Counted from the stretch's first letter, positions 41,701 to 56,770 are shown. The stretch is DNA of 64,000 nt from Auanema rhodensis (GCA_964057225.1 OZ059895.1:11098001-11162000), one strand, 5' to 3'. Translations and numbers: made by a program. Notes: generated by a model from the sequence alone, not told the origin.

Positions 41701-44700
41701 AATCAGCTGCATGGCGTACTTTGAACGTGGTATAGTTGTAAGCGAAAATATCTGATATTCAATGATTTACATACTTATCCTCGTTATAGTATTTTTCCAA
41801 TTTTATGTTAGTTATGTAATTTTCCACGTTGCATCTGGTTCCCTCGATGATATCAAATCTTATGTGCTCCAAATACAATAAATTGAAAAAGGTTTCACAG
41901 TTGTATAGTGTTTAAACAATGTTGGTTTTGATAGGAAACAGATAGACACAGTAAAGTTAAGATGAAGGTTCATTAACTACTGGTTTATGACTGTAATATA
42001 GGAATAAGATTGAAGATAATTTGCTGCCTTGGGTTGAGCTATTTAAGGAAAACTACTTGAAAATTGAAAACATTTGTTACGGAAGAGATAAAATTGAAAA
42101 TCAGCTGCATGGCGTACTTTGAACGTGGTATAGTTGTAAGCGAAAATATCTGATATTCAATGATTTACATACTTATCCTCGTTATAGTATTTTTCCAATT
42201 TTATGTTAGTTATGTAATTTTCCACGTTGCATCTGGTTCCCTCGATGATATCAAATCTTATGTGCTCCAAATACAATAAATTGAAAAAGGTTTCACAGTT
42301 GTATAGTGTTTAAACAATGTTGGTTTTGATAGGAAACAGATAGACACAGTAAAGTTAAGATGAAGGTTCATTAACTACTGGTTTATGACTGTAATATAGG
42401 AATAAGATTGAAGATAATTTGCTGCCTCCGGTTGAGCTATCTAAGTAAATCTACTTGAAAAGTGAAAACATTTGTTACGGAAGAGATAAAATTGAAAATC
42501 AGCTGCATGTCGTACTTTCAACGTGGTATAGTTGAAAGCGAAAATATCTGATTTTCAATGATTTACATACTTATCCTCGTTATAGTATTTTTCCAATTTC
42601 ATGTTAGTTATGTAACTTTCCACGTTTCATCTGGTTCCCTCGATGATAGCAATTCTTATAAGCTCCAAATACAATGAATTAAAAAAAGTTTCACAGTTGT
42701 ATAGTGTTTAAACAATGTTTGTTTCGATAGGGAATAGATACAAACAGTTAAGTTAAAATGAAGGTTCATTAACAACTGGTTTATAACTGTAATATAGGAA
42801 TAAGATTGAAGATAATTTTCTGCCGGGGGTTGCGCTATCTAAGTAAAACTACTTAAAAAGTGAAAACATTTGTTACGGAAGAGATAAAACTGAAAATCAG
42901 CTGCATGGCGTACTTTGAACGTGGTATACTTGTGAGCGAAAATATCTGATATTCAATGATTTACATACTTATCCTCGTTATAGTTTTTTTCCAATTTCAT
43001 GTTAGTTATGTAATTTTCCACGTTCCATCTGGATCCCTCGATGATATCAAATTTTATGTGCTCCAAAAGCAAAAAATTAAAAAAGGTTTTACAGTTGTTC
43101 AGTGTTCAAACAATGTTTGTTTTGATAAGAAATAGATAGAAACAGTAAAGTTGAGAGAAAGGTTCATTAACTGCTGGTTTATAACTGTAAAATAAAAAAA
43201 AGATTGAAGATACTTTGCTGCCTTGGGTTGAGCTATTTAAGGAAAACTACTTGAAAATTGAAAACATTTGTTACGGAAGAGATAAAATTGAAAATCAGCT
43301 GCATGGCGTACTTTTAACGTGGTATAGTTGTAAGCGAAAATATCTGGTATTCAATGATTTACATACTTATCCTCGTTATAGTTTTTTTTCCAATTTCCTT
43401 TTAGTTATGTAATTTTTGACGTTCCATCTGGATCCCTCGATGATAGCAATTCTTATAAGCTCCAAATACAATAAATTAAAAAAGGTTTCACAGTTGTATA
43501 GTGTTTAAACAATGTTTGTTTCGATAGGGAATAGATACAAACAGTTAAGTTAAAATGAAGGTTCATTAACAACTGGTTTATAACTGTAATATAGAAATAA
43601 GATTGAAGATAATTTTCTGCCGGGGGTTGCGCTATCTAAGTAAAACTACTTGACAATCGGAAACATTCTCTACAGAAGAGATAAAATTGAAAATCAGCTG
43701 CATGGCGTACTTTGAACGTGGTATAGTTGTAAGCGAAAATATCTGATATTCAATGATTTACATACTTATCATCGTTATAGTTTTTTTTCAATTTCATGTT
43801 AGTTATGTAATTTTCCACGTTCTATCTGGTGCCCTCGATGATATCAAATCTTATGTGCTCCAAATACAATAAATTAAAAAAGGTTTCACAGTTGTATAGT
43901 GTTTTAACAATGTTTGTTTCGATAGGAAATAGATAGAAACAGTAAAGTTGAGATAAAGGTTCATTAACTACTGGTTTATAACTGTAATGAAAAAATAAGA
44001 TTAAAGATAATTTGCTGCCTTGGGTTGAGCTATCTAAGTAAAACTACTTAATAAGTGAAAACATTTGTTACGGAAGAGATAAAATTGAAAATCAGCTGCA
44101 TGGCGTACTTTGAACGTGGTATAGTTGTAAGCGAAAATATCTGATATTCAATGATTTACATACTTATCCTCGTTATAGTATTTTTCCAATTTTATGTTAG
44201 TTATGTAATTTTCCACGTTGCATCTGGTTTCCTCGATGATATCAAATCTTATGTGCTCCAAATACAATAAATTGAAAAAGGTTTCACAGTTGTATAGTGT
44301 TTGAACAATGTTTGTTTTGATAGGAAATAAATAGAAACAGTAAAGTTAAAATGAAGGTTCATTAACTACTGGTTTATAACTGTAATATAGGAATAAGATT
44401 GAAAATTATTTTCTGCCTTGGGTTGAGCTACCTAAGTAAAACTACTTGAAAATCGGAAACATTTGTTACAGAAGAGATAAAATTGAAAATCAGCTGCATG
44501 GCGTACTTTCAACGTGGTATAGTTGTAAGCGAAAATATCTGATATTCAATGATTAACATACTTATCCTCGTTATAGTTTTTTTTCCAATTTCATGTTAGT
44601 TATGTAATTTTCCACGTTCCATCTGGTTCCCTCGATGATATCAAATCTTATGTGCTCCAAATACAATAAATTAAAAAAGGTTTCACAGTTGTATAGTGTT

Positions 44701-47700
44701 TTAACAATGTTTGTTTCGATAGGAAATAGATAGAAACAGTAAAGTTGAGATAAAGGTTCATTAATTACTGGTTTATAACTGTAATATAGAAATAAGATTA
44801 AAGATAATTTGCTGCCTTGGGTTGAGCTATCTAAGTAAAACTACTTAAAAAGTGAAAACATTTGTTACGGAAGAGATAAAATTGAAAATCAGCTGCATTG
44901 CGTACTTTCAACGTGGTATACTTGTAAGCGAAAATATCTGATATTCAATGATTTACATACTCATCCTTGTTATAGTATTTTTCCAATTTCATGTTAGTTA
45001 TGTAATTTTCCACGTTCCATCTGGTTCCCTCGATGATATCAAATCTTATGTGCTCCAAATACAATAAATTAAAAAAGGTTTCACAGTTGTATAGTGTTTT
45101 AACAATGTTTGTTTCGATAGGAAATAGATAGAAACAGTAAAGTTGAGATAAAGGTTCATTAATTACTGGTTTATAACTGTAATATAGAAATAAGATTAAA
45201 GATAATTTGCTGCCTTGGGTTGAGCTATCTAAGTAAAACTACTTAAAAAGTGAAAACATTTGTTACGGAAGAGATAAAATTGAAAATCAGCTGCATGGCG
45301 TACTTTCAACGTGGTATACTTGTAAGCGAAAATATCTGATATTCAATGATTTACATACTCATCCTCGTTATAGTATTTTTCCAATTTCATGTTAGTTATG
45401 TAACTTTCCACGTGCCATCTGGTTCCCTCGATGATATCAAATTTTATGTGATCCAAATACAATAAATCAAAATAGGGTTTCACAGTTGTATAGTGTTTAA
45501 ACACTGTTTGTTTCGATAGGAAATAGATAAAAACAGTAAAGTTAAGATGAAGGTTCATTAACTACTGGTCTATGACTGTAATATAGAAATAAGATTGAAG
45601 ATAATTTGCTGCCTCCGGTTGAGCTATCTAAGTAAATCTACTTGAAAAGTGAAAACATTTGTTATGGAAGAGATAAAATTGAAAATCAGCTGCATGGCGT
45701 ACTTTTAACGTGGTATAGTTGTAAGCGAAAATATCTGGTATTCAATGATTTACATACTTATCCTCGTTATAGTTTTTTTCCAATTTCATGTTAGTTATGT
45801 AATTTTCCACGTTCCATCTGGATCCCTCGATGATATCAAATTTTATGTGCTCCAAATGCAAAAAATTAAAAAAGGTTTTACAGTTGTTCAGTGTTTAAAC
45901 AATGTTTGTTTTGATAAGAAATAGATAGAAACAGTAAAGTTGAAAGAAAGGTTCATTTACTGCTGGTTTATAACTGTAAAATAAAAAAAAGATTGAAGAT
46001 ACTTTGCTGCCTTGGGTTGAGCTATTTAAGGAAAACTACTTGAAAATTGAAAACATTTGTTACGGAAGAGATAAAATTGAAAATCAGCTGCATGGCGTAC
46101 GTTTAACGTGGTATAGTTGTAAGCGAAAATATCTGGTATTCAATGATTTACATACTTATCCTCGTTATAGTTTTTTTTCCAATTTCCTTTTAGTTATGTA
46201 ATTTTCGACGTTCCATCTGGATCCCTCGATGATAGCAAAGCTTATGTGCGCCAAATACAATAAATCAAAGAAGGGTTTCACAGTAGTATAGTGTTTAAAC
46301 AATGTTTGTTTCGATAGGAAATAGATAGAAACAGTAAAGTTAAGATGAAGGTTTATTAACTACTGATTTATGACTGTAATATAGAAATAAGATTGAAGAT
46401 AATTTGCTGCCTCCGGTTGAGCTATCTAAGTAAATCTACTTAAAAAGTGAAAACATTTGTTACGGAAGAGATAAAATTGAAAATCAGCTGCATGGCGTAC
46501 TTTCAACGTGGTATAGTTGTAAGCGAAAATATCTGGTATTCAATGATTTACATACTTATCCTCGTTATAGTTTTTTTCCAATTTCATGTTAGTTATGTAA
46601 TTTTCCACGTTCCATCTGGATCCCTCGATGATATCAAATTTTATGTGCTCCAAATGCAAAAAATTAAAAAAGGTTTTACAGTTGTTCAGTGTTTAAACAA
46701 TGTTTGTTTTGATAAGAAATAGATAGAAACAGTAAAGTTGAAAGAAAGGTTCATTTACTGCTGGTTTATAACTGTAAAATAAAAAAAAGATTGAACATAC
46801 TTTGCTGCCTTGGTTTGAGCTATCTAAGTAAAACTACTTGACGATCGGAAACATTTGTTACAGAAGAGATAAAATTGAAAATCAGCTGCATGGCGTACTT
46901 TGAACGTGGTATAGTTGTAAGCAAAAATATCTGATATTCAATGATTTACATACTTATCATCGTACTAGTTTTTTTTCAATTTCATGTAAGTTATGTAATT
47001 TTCCACGTTCTATCTGGTGCCCTCGATGAAATCAAATCTTATGTGCTCCAAATACAATAAATTGAAAAAGGTTTCACAGTTGTATAGTGTTTTAACAATG
47101 TTTGTTTCGATAGGAAATAGATAGAAACAGTAAAGTTGAGATAAAGGTTCATTAATTACTGGTTTATAACTGTAATGAAAAAATAAGATTAAAGATAATT
47201 TGCTGCCTTGGGTCGAGCTATCTAAGTAAAACTACTTAAAAAGTGAAAACATTTGTTACGGAAGAGATAAAATTGAAAATCAGCTGCATGGCGTACTTTG
47301 AACGTGGTATAGTTGTAAGCGAAAATATCTGATATTCAATGATTTACATACTTATCCTCGTTATAGTATTTTTCCAATTTTATGTTAGTTATGTAATTTT
47401 CCACGTTGCATCTGGTTCCCTCGATGATATCAAATCTTATGTGCCTCAAATACAATAAATTAAAAAAGGTTTCACAGTTGTATAGTGTTTAAACAATGTT
47501 TGTTTTGATAGGAAACAGATAGAAACAGTAAAGTTAAGATGAAGGTTCATTAACTACTGGTTTATGACTGTAATATAGGAATAAGATTGAAGATAATTTG
47601 CTGCCTCCGGTTGAGCTATCTAAGTAAATCTACTTGAAAAGTGAAAACATTTGTTACGGAAGAGATAAAATTGAAAATCAGCTGCATGTCGTACTTTCAA

Positions 47701-50700
47701 CGTGGTATAGTTGAAAGCGAAAATATCTGATTTTCAATGATTTACATACTTATCCTCGTTATAGTATTTTTCCAATTTCATGTTAGTTATGTAACTTTCC
47801 ACGTTTCATCTGGTTCCCTCGATGATAGCAATTCTTATAAGCTCCAAATACAATGAATTAAAAAAGGTTTCACAGTTGTATAGTGTTTAAACAATGTTTG
47901 TTTCGATAGGGAATAGATAGAAACAGTAAAGTTGAGAGAAAGGTTCATTAACTACTGGTTTATGACTGTAATATAGAAAAAAGATTGAAGATAATTTGCT
48001 GCCTTGGGTTGAGCTATTTAAGGAAAACTACTTGAAAATTGAAAACATTTGTTACGGAAGAGATAAAATTGGAAATCAGCTGCATGGCGTACTTTGAACG
48101 TGGTATAGTTGTAAGCGAAAATATCTGGTATTCAATGATTTACATACTTATCCTCGTTATAGTTTTTTTTCCAATTTCCTGTTAGTTATGTAATTTTCCA
48201 CGTTCTATCTGGTGCCCTCGATGATATCAAATCTTATGTGCTCCAAATACAATAAATTAAAAAAGGTTTCACAGTTGTATAGTGTTTTAACAATGTTTGT
48301 TTCGATAGGAAATAGATAGAAACAGTAAAGTTGAGATAAAGGTTCATTAATTACTGGTTTATAACTGTAATATAGGAAGAAGATTGAAGATAATTTTCTG
48401 CCTTGGGTTGAGCTACCTAAGTAAATCTACTTGAAAAGTGAAAACATTTGTTACGGAAGAGATAAAATTGAAAATCAGCTGCATGGCGTACTTTGAACGT
48501 GGTATAGTTGTAAGCGAAAATATCTGGTATTCAATGATTTACATACTTATCCTCGTTATAGTTTTTTTTCCAATTTCCTGTTAGTTATGTAATTTTCCAC
48601 GTTGCATCTGGTTCCCTCGATGATATCAAATCTTATGTGCTCCAAATACAATAAATTGAAAAAGGTTTCACAGTTGTATAGTGTTTAAACAATGTTTGTT
48701 TTGATAGGAAATAGATAGAAACAGTAAAGTTAAAATGGAGGTTCATTAACTACTGGTTTATAACTGTAATATAGGAAGAAGATTGAAGATAATTTTCTGC
48801 CTTGGGTTGAGCTACCTAAGTAAATCTACTTGAAAAGTGAAAACATTTGTTACGGAAGAGATAAAATTGAAAATCAGCTGCATGTCGTACTTTCAACGTG
48901 GTATAGTTGAAAGCGAAAATATCTGATTTTCAATGATTTAAATACTTATCCTCGTTATAGTATTTTTCCAATTTCATGTTAGTTATGTAACTTTCCACGT
49001 TTCATCTGGTTCCCTCGATGATATCAAAGCTTATGTGCTCCAAATACAATAAATCAAAAAAGGGTTTCACAGTTGTATAGTGTTTAAACAATGTTTGTTT
49101 CGATAGGAAATAGATAGAAACAGTAAAGTTGAGAGAAAGGTTCATTAACTACTGGTTTATGACTGTAATATAGAAAAAAGATTGAAGATAATTTGCTGCC
49201 TTGGTTTGAGCTATCTAAGTGAAACGACTTGAAAAGTGAAAACATTTATTACGGAAGAGATAAAATTGAAAATCAGCTGCATGGCGTACTTTGAACGTGG
49301 TATAGTTGTAAGCGAAAATATCTGGTATTCAATGATTTACATACTTATCCTTGTTATAGTATTTTTCCAATTTTATGTTAGTTATGTAATTTTCCACGTT
49401 GCATCTGGTTCCCTCGATGATATCAAATCTTATGTGCTCCAAATACAATAAATTAAAAAAGGTTTCACAGTTGTATAGTGTTTTAACAATGTTTGTTTCG
49501 ATAGGAAATAGATAGAAACAGTAAAGTTGAGATAAAGGTTCATTAATTACTGGTTTATAACTGTAATGAAAAAATAAGATTAAAGATAATTTGCTGCCTT
49601 GGGTCGAGCTATCTAAGTAAAACTACTTAAAAAGTGAAAACATTTGTTACGGAAGAGATAAAATTGAAAATCAGCTGCATGGCGTACTTTGAACGTGGTA
49701 TAGTTGTAAGCGAAAATATCTGATATTCAATGATTTACATACTTATCCTCGTTATAGTATTTTTCCAATTTTATGTTAGTTATGTAATTTTCCACGTTGC
49801 ATCTGGTTCCCTCGATGATATCAAATCTTATGTGCTCCAAATACAATAAATTGAAAAAGGTTTCACAGTTGTATAGTGTTTAAACAATGTTGGTTTTGAT
49901 AGGAAACAGATAGACACAGTAAAGTTAAGATGAAGGTTCATTAACTACTGGTTTATGACTGTAATATAGGAATAAGATTGAAGATAATTTGCTGCCTTGG
50001 GTTGAGCTATTTAAGGAAAACTACTTGAAAATTGAAAACATTTGTTACGGAAGAGATAAAATTGAAAATCAGCTGCATGGCGTACTTTGAACGTGGTATA
50101 GTTGTAAGCGAAAATATCTGATATTCAATGATTTACATACTTATCCTCGTTATAGTATTTTTCCAATTTTATGTTAGTTATGTAATTTTCCACGTTGCAT
50201 CTGGTTCCCTCGATGATATCAAATCTTATGTGCTCCAAATACAATAAATTGAAAAAGGTTTCACAGTTGTATAGTGTTTAAACAATGTTGGTTTTGATAG
50301 GAAACAGATAGACACAGTAAAGTTAAGATGAAGGTTCATTAACTACTGGTTTATGACTGTAATATAGGAATAAGATTGAAGATAATTTGCTGCCTCCGGT
50401 TGAGCTATCTAAGTAAATCTACTTGAAAAGTGAAAACATTTGTTACGGAAGAGATAAAATTGAAAATCAGCTGCATGTCGTACTTTCAACGTGGTATAGT
50501 TGAAAGCGAAAATATCTGATTTTCAATGATTTACATACTTATCCTCGTTATAGTATTTTTCCAATTTCATGTTAGTTATGTAACTTTCCACGTTTCATCT
50601 GGTTCCCTCGATGATAGCAATTCTTATAAGCTCCAAATACAATGAATTAAAAAAAGTTTCACAGTTGTATAGTGTTTAAACAATGTTTGTTTCGATAGGG

Positions 50701-50896
50701 AATAGATACAAACAGTTAAGTTAAAATGAAGGTTCATTAACAACTGGTTTATAACTGTAATATAGGAATAAGATTGAAGATAATTTTCTGCCGGGGGTTG
50801 CGCTATCTAAGTAAAACTACTTAAAAAGTGAAAACATTTGTTACGGAAGAGATAAAACTGAAAATCAGCTGCATGGCGTACTTTGAACGTGGTATA
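35790..50896 (+). repeat. 20-monomer-offset duplication (7968 bp; ~7.1 kb near-identical block)
   Basis: 37375/45343, 38036/46004, 38479/46447 and 41268/49236 are all offset by 7968. Private markers GAACATAC, CGTACTAG and GATGAAATC are shared. The match ends at ~42929/50897. Confidence 0.93.
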
Positions 50897-53800
50897 GTTG
50901 TAAGCGAAAATATCTGATATTCAATGATTTACATACTTATCCTCGTTATAGTATTTTTCCAATTTTATGTTAGTTATGTAATTTTCCACGTTGCATCTGG
51001 TTCCCTCGATGATATCAAATCTTATGTGCTCCAAATACAATAAATTGAAAAAGGTTTCACAGTTGTATAGTGTTTAAACAATGTTTGTTTTGATAGGAAA
51101 TAGATAGAAACAGTAAAGTTAAAATGGAGGTTCATTAACTACTGGTTTATAACTGTAATATAGGAATAAGATTGAAGATAATTTTCTGCCTTGGGTTGAG
51201 CTACCTAAGTAAATCTACTTGAAAAGTGGAAACATTTGTTACGGAAGAGATAAAATTGAAAATCAGCTGCATGTCGTACTTTCAACGTGGTATAGTTGAA
51301 AGCGAAAATATCTGATTTTCAATGATTTAAATACTTATCCTCGTTATAGTATTTTTCCAATTTCATGTTAGTTATGTAACTTTCCACGTTTCATCTGGTT
51401 CCCTCGATGATATCAAAGCTTATGTGCTCCAAATACAATAAATCAAAAAAGGGTTTCACAGTTGTATAGTGTTTAAACAATGTTTGTTTCGATAGGAAAT
51501 AGATAGAAACAGTAAAGTTGAGAGAAAGGTTCATTAACTACTGGTTTATGACTGTAATATAGAAAAAAGATTGAAGATAATTTGCTGCCTTGGTTTGAGC
51601 TATCTAAGTGAAACGACTTGAAAAGTGAAAACATTTATTACGGAAGAGATAAAATTGAAAATCAGCTGCATGGCGTACTTTGAACGTGGTATAGTTGTAA
51701 GCGAAAATATCTGGTATTCAAGGATTTACATACTTATCCTCGTTATAGTATTTTTCCAATTTTATGTTAGTTATGTAATTTTCCACGTTGCATCTGGTTC
51801 CCTCAATGATATCAAATCTTATGTGCTCCAAATACAATAAATTAAAAAAGGTTTCACAGTTGTATAGTGTTTTAACAATGTTTGTTTCGATAGGAAATAG
51901 ATAGAAACAGTAAAGTTGAGATAAAGGTTCATTAATTACTGGTTTATAACTGTAATGAAAAAATAAGATTAAAGATAATTTGCTGCCTTGGGTCGAGCTA
52001 TCTAAGTAAAACTACTTAAAAAGTGAAAACATTTGTTACGGAAGAGATAAAATTGAAAATCAGCTGCATGGCGTACTTTGAACGTGGTATAGTTGTAAGC
52101 GAAAATATCTGATATTCAATGATTTACATACTTATCCTCGTTATAGTATTTTTCCAATTTTATGTTAGTTATGTAATTTTCCACGTTGCATCTGGTTCCC
52201 TCGATGATATCAAATTTTATGTGATCCAAATACAATAAATCAAAATAGGGTTTCACAGTTGTATAGTGTTTAAACAATGTTTGTTTCGATAGGAAATAGA
52301 TAAAAACAGTAAAGTTAAGATGAAGGTTCATTAACTACTGGTCTATGACTGTAATATAGAAATAAGATTGAAGATAATTTGCTGCCTCCGGTTGAGCTAT
52401 CTAAGTAAATCTACTTGAAAAGTGAAAACATTTGTTATGGAAGAGATAAAATTGAAAATCAGCTGCATGGCGTACTTTTAACGTGGTATAGTTGTAAGCG
52501 AAAATATCTGGTATTCAATGATTTACATACTTATCCTCGTTATAGTTTTTTTCCAATTTCATGTTAGTTATGTAATTTTCCACGTTCCATCTGGATCCCT
52601 CGATGATATCAAATTTTATGTGCTCCAAATGCAAAAAATTAAAAAAGGTTTTACAGTTGTTCAGTGTTTAAACAATGTTTGTTTTGATAAGAAATAGATA
52701 GAAACAGTAAAGTTGAAAGAAAGGTTCATTTACTGCTGGTTTATAACTGTAAAATAAAAAAAAGATTGAAGATACTTTGCTGCCTTGGGTTGAGCTATTT
52801 AAGGAAAACTACTTGAAAATTGAAAACATTTGTTACGGAAGAGATAAAATTGAAAATCAGCTGCATGGCGTACGTTTAACGTGGTATAGTTGTAAGCGAA
52901 AATATCTGGTATTCAATGATTTACATACTTATCCTCGTTATAGTTTTTTTTCCAATTTCCTTTTAGTTATGTAATTTTCGACGTTCCATCTGGATCCCTC
53001 GATGATAGCAAAGCTGATGTGCGCCAAATACAATAAATCAAAGAAGGGTTTCACAGTAGTATAGTGTTTAAACAATGTTTGTTTCGATAGGAAATAGATA
53101 GAAACAGTAAAGTTAAGATGAAGGTTTATTAACTACTGATTTATGACTGTAATATAGAAATAAGATTGAAGATAATTTGCTGCCTCCGGTTGAGCTATCT
53201 AAGTAAATCTACTTAAAAAGTGAAAACATTTGTTACGGAAGAGATAAAATTGAAAATCAGCTGCATGGCGTACTTTCAACGTGGTATAGTTGTAAGCGAA
53301 AATATCTGGTATTCAATGATTTACATACTTATCCTCGTTATAGTTTTTTTCCAATTTCATGTTAGTTATGTAATTTTCCACGTTCCATCTGGATCCCTCG
53401 ATGATATCAAATTTTATGTGCTCCAAATGCAAAAAATTAAAAAAGGTTTTACAGTTGTTCAGTGTTTAAACAATGTTTGTTTTGATAAGAAATAGATAGA
53501 AACAGTAAAGTTGAAAGAAAGGTTCATTTACTGCTGGTTTATAACTGTAAAATAAAAAAAAGATTGAAGATACTTTGCTGCCTTGGTTTGAGCTATCTAA
53601 GTAAAACTACTTGACGATCGGAAACATTTGTTACAGAAGAGATAAAATTGAAAATCAGCTGCATGGCGTACTTTGAACGTGGTATAGTTGTAAGCAAAAA
53701 TATCTGATATTCAATGATTTACATACTTATCATCGTACTAGTTTTTTTTCAATTTCATGTAAGTTATGTAATTTTCCACGTTCTATCTGGTGCCCTCGAT

Positions 53801-56770
53801 GAAATCAAATCTTATGTGCTCCAAATACAATAAATTAAAAAAGGTTTCACAGTTGTATAGTGTTTTAACAATGTTTGTTTCGATAGGAAATAGATAGAAA
53901 CAGTAAAGTTGAGATAAAGGTTCATTAATTACTGGTTTATAACTGTAATGAAAAAATAAGATTAAAGATAATTTGCTGCCTTGGGTCGAGCTATCTAAGT
54001 AAAACTACTTAAAAAGTGAAAACATTTGTTACGGAAGAGATAAAATTGAAAATCAGCTGCATGGCGTACTTTGAACGTGGTATAGTTGTAAGCGAAAATA
54101 TCTGATATTCAATGATTTACATACTTATCCTCGTTATAGTATTTTTCCAATTTTATGTTAGTTATGTAATTTTCCACGTTGCATCTGGTTCCCTCGATGA
54201 TATCAAATCTTATGTGCCTCAAATACAATAAATTAAAAAAGGTTTCACAGTTGTATAGTGTTTAAACAATGTTTGTTTTGATAGGAAACAGATAGAAACA
54301 GTAAAGTTAAGATGAAGGTTCATTAACTACTGGTTTATGACTGTAATATAGGAATAAGATTGAAGATAATTTGCTGCCTCCGGTTGAGCTATCTAAGTAA
54401 ATCTACTTGAAAAGTGAAAACATTTGTTACGGAAGAGATAAAATTGAAAATCAGCTGCATGTCGTACTTTCAACGTGGTATAGTTGAAAGCGAAAATATC
54501 TGATTTTCAATGATTTACATACTTATCCTCGTTATAGTATTTTTCCAATTTCATGTTAGTTATGTAACTTTCCACGTTTCATCTGGTTCCCTCGATGATA
54601 GCAATTCTTATAAGCTCCAAATACAATGAATTAAAAAAGGTTTCACAGTTGTATAGTGTTTAAACAATGTTTGTTTCGATAGGGAATAGATAGAAACAGT
54701 AAAGTTGAGAGAAAGGTTCATTAACTACTGGTTTATGACTGTAATATAGAAAAAAGATTGAAGATAATTTGCTGCCTTGGGTTGAGCTATTTAAGGAAAA
54801 CTACTTGAAAATTGAAAACATTTGTTACGGAAGAGATAAAATTGAAAATCAGCTGCATGGCGTACTTTGGACGTGGTATAGTTGTAAGCGAAAATATCTG
54901 GTATTCAATGATTTACATACTTATCCTCGTTATAGTTTTTTTTCCAATTTCCTGTTAGTTATGTAATTTTCCACGTTCTATCTGGTGCCCTCGATGATAT
55001 CAAATCTTATGTGCTCCAAATACAATAAATTAAAAAAGGTTTCACAGTTGTATAGTGTTTTAACAATGTTTGTTTCGATAGGAAATAGATAGAAACAGTA
55101 AAGTTGAGATAAAGGTTCATTAATTACTGGTTTATAACTGTAATATAGGAAGAAGATTGAAGATAATTTTCTGCCTTGGGTTGAGCTACCTAAGTAAATC
55201 TACTTGAAAAGTGAAAACATTTGTTACGGAAGAGATAAAATTGAAAATCAGCTGCATGGCGTACTTTGAACGTGGTATAGTTGTAAGCGAAAATATCTGG
55301 TATTCAATGATTTACATACTTATCCTCGTTATAGTTTTTTTTCCAATTTCCTGTTAGTTATGTAATTTTCCACGTTGCATCTGGTTCCCTCGATGATATC
55401 AAATCTTATGTGCTCCAAATACAATAAATTGAAAAAGGTTTCACAGTTGTATAGTGTTTAAACAATGTTTGTTTTGATAGGAAATAGATAGAAACAGTAA
55501 AGTTAAAATGGAGGTTCATTAACTACTGGTTTATAACTGTAATATAGGAAGAAGATTGAAGATAATTTTCTGCCTTGGGTTGAGCTACCTAAGTAAATCT
55601 ACTTGAAAAGTGAAAACATTTGTTACGGAAGAGATAAAATTGAAAATCAGCTGCATGTCGTACTTTCAACGTGGTATAGTTGAAAGCGAAAATATCTGAT
55701 TTTCAATGATTTAAATACTTATCCTCGTTATAGTATTTTTCCAATTTCATGTTAGTTATGTAACTTTCCACGTTTCATCTGGTTCCCTCGATGATATCAA
55801 AGCTTATGTGCTCCAAATACAATAAATCAAAAAAGGGTTTCACAGTTGTATAGTGTTTAAACAATGTTTGTTTCGATAGGAAATAGATAGAAACAGTAAA
55901 GTTGAGAGAAAGGTTCATTAACTACTGGTTTATGACTGTAATATAGAAAAAAGATTGAAGATAATTTGCTGCCTTGGTTTGAGCTATCTAAGTGAAACGA
56001 CTTGAAAAGTGAAAACATTTATTACGGAAGAGATAAAATTGAAAATCAGCTGCATGGCGTACTTTGAACGTGGTATAGTTGTAAGCGAAAATATCTGGTA
56101 TTCAATGATTTACATACTTATCCTTGTTATAGTATTTTTCCAATTTTATGTTAGTTATGTAATTTTCCACGTTGCATCTGGTTCCCTCGATGATATCAAA
56201 TCTTATGTGCTCCAAATACAATAAATTAAAAAAGGTTTCACAGTTGTATAGTGTTTTAACAATGTTTGTTTCGATAGGAAATAGATAGAAACAGTAAAGT
56301 TGAGATAAAGGTTCATTAATTACTGGTTTATAACTGTAATGAAAAAATAAGATTAAAGATAATTTGCTGCCTTGGGTCGAGCTATCTAAGTAAAACTACT
56401 TAAAAAGTGAAAACATTTGTTACGGAAGAGATAAAATTGAAAATCAGCTGCATGGCGTACTTTGAACGTGGTATAGTTGTAAGCGAAAATATCTGATATT
56501 CAATGATTTACATACTTATCCTCGTTATAGTATTTTTCCAATTTTATGTTAGTTATGTAATTTTCCACGTTGCATCTGGTTCCCTCGATGATATCAAATC
56601 TTATGTGCTCCAAATACAATAAATTGAAAAAGGTTTCACAGTTGTATAGTGTTTAAACAATGTTGGTTTTGATAGGAAACAGATAGACACAGTGAAGTTA
56701 AGATGAAGGTTCATTAACTACTGGTTTATGACTGTAATATAGGAATAAGATTGAAGATAATTTGCTGCCT
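45440..56770 (+). repeat. 17-monomer-offset duplication (6773 bp; ~4.5 kb matching block)
   Basis: 46004/52777, 46447/53220 and 49236/56009 are offset by 6773. The second copy starts inside a chimeric monomer at ~52200. Confidence 0.88.
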
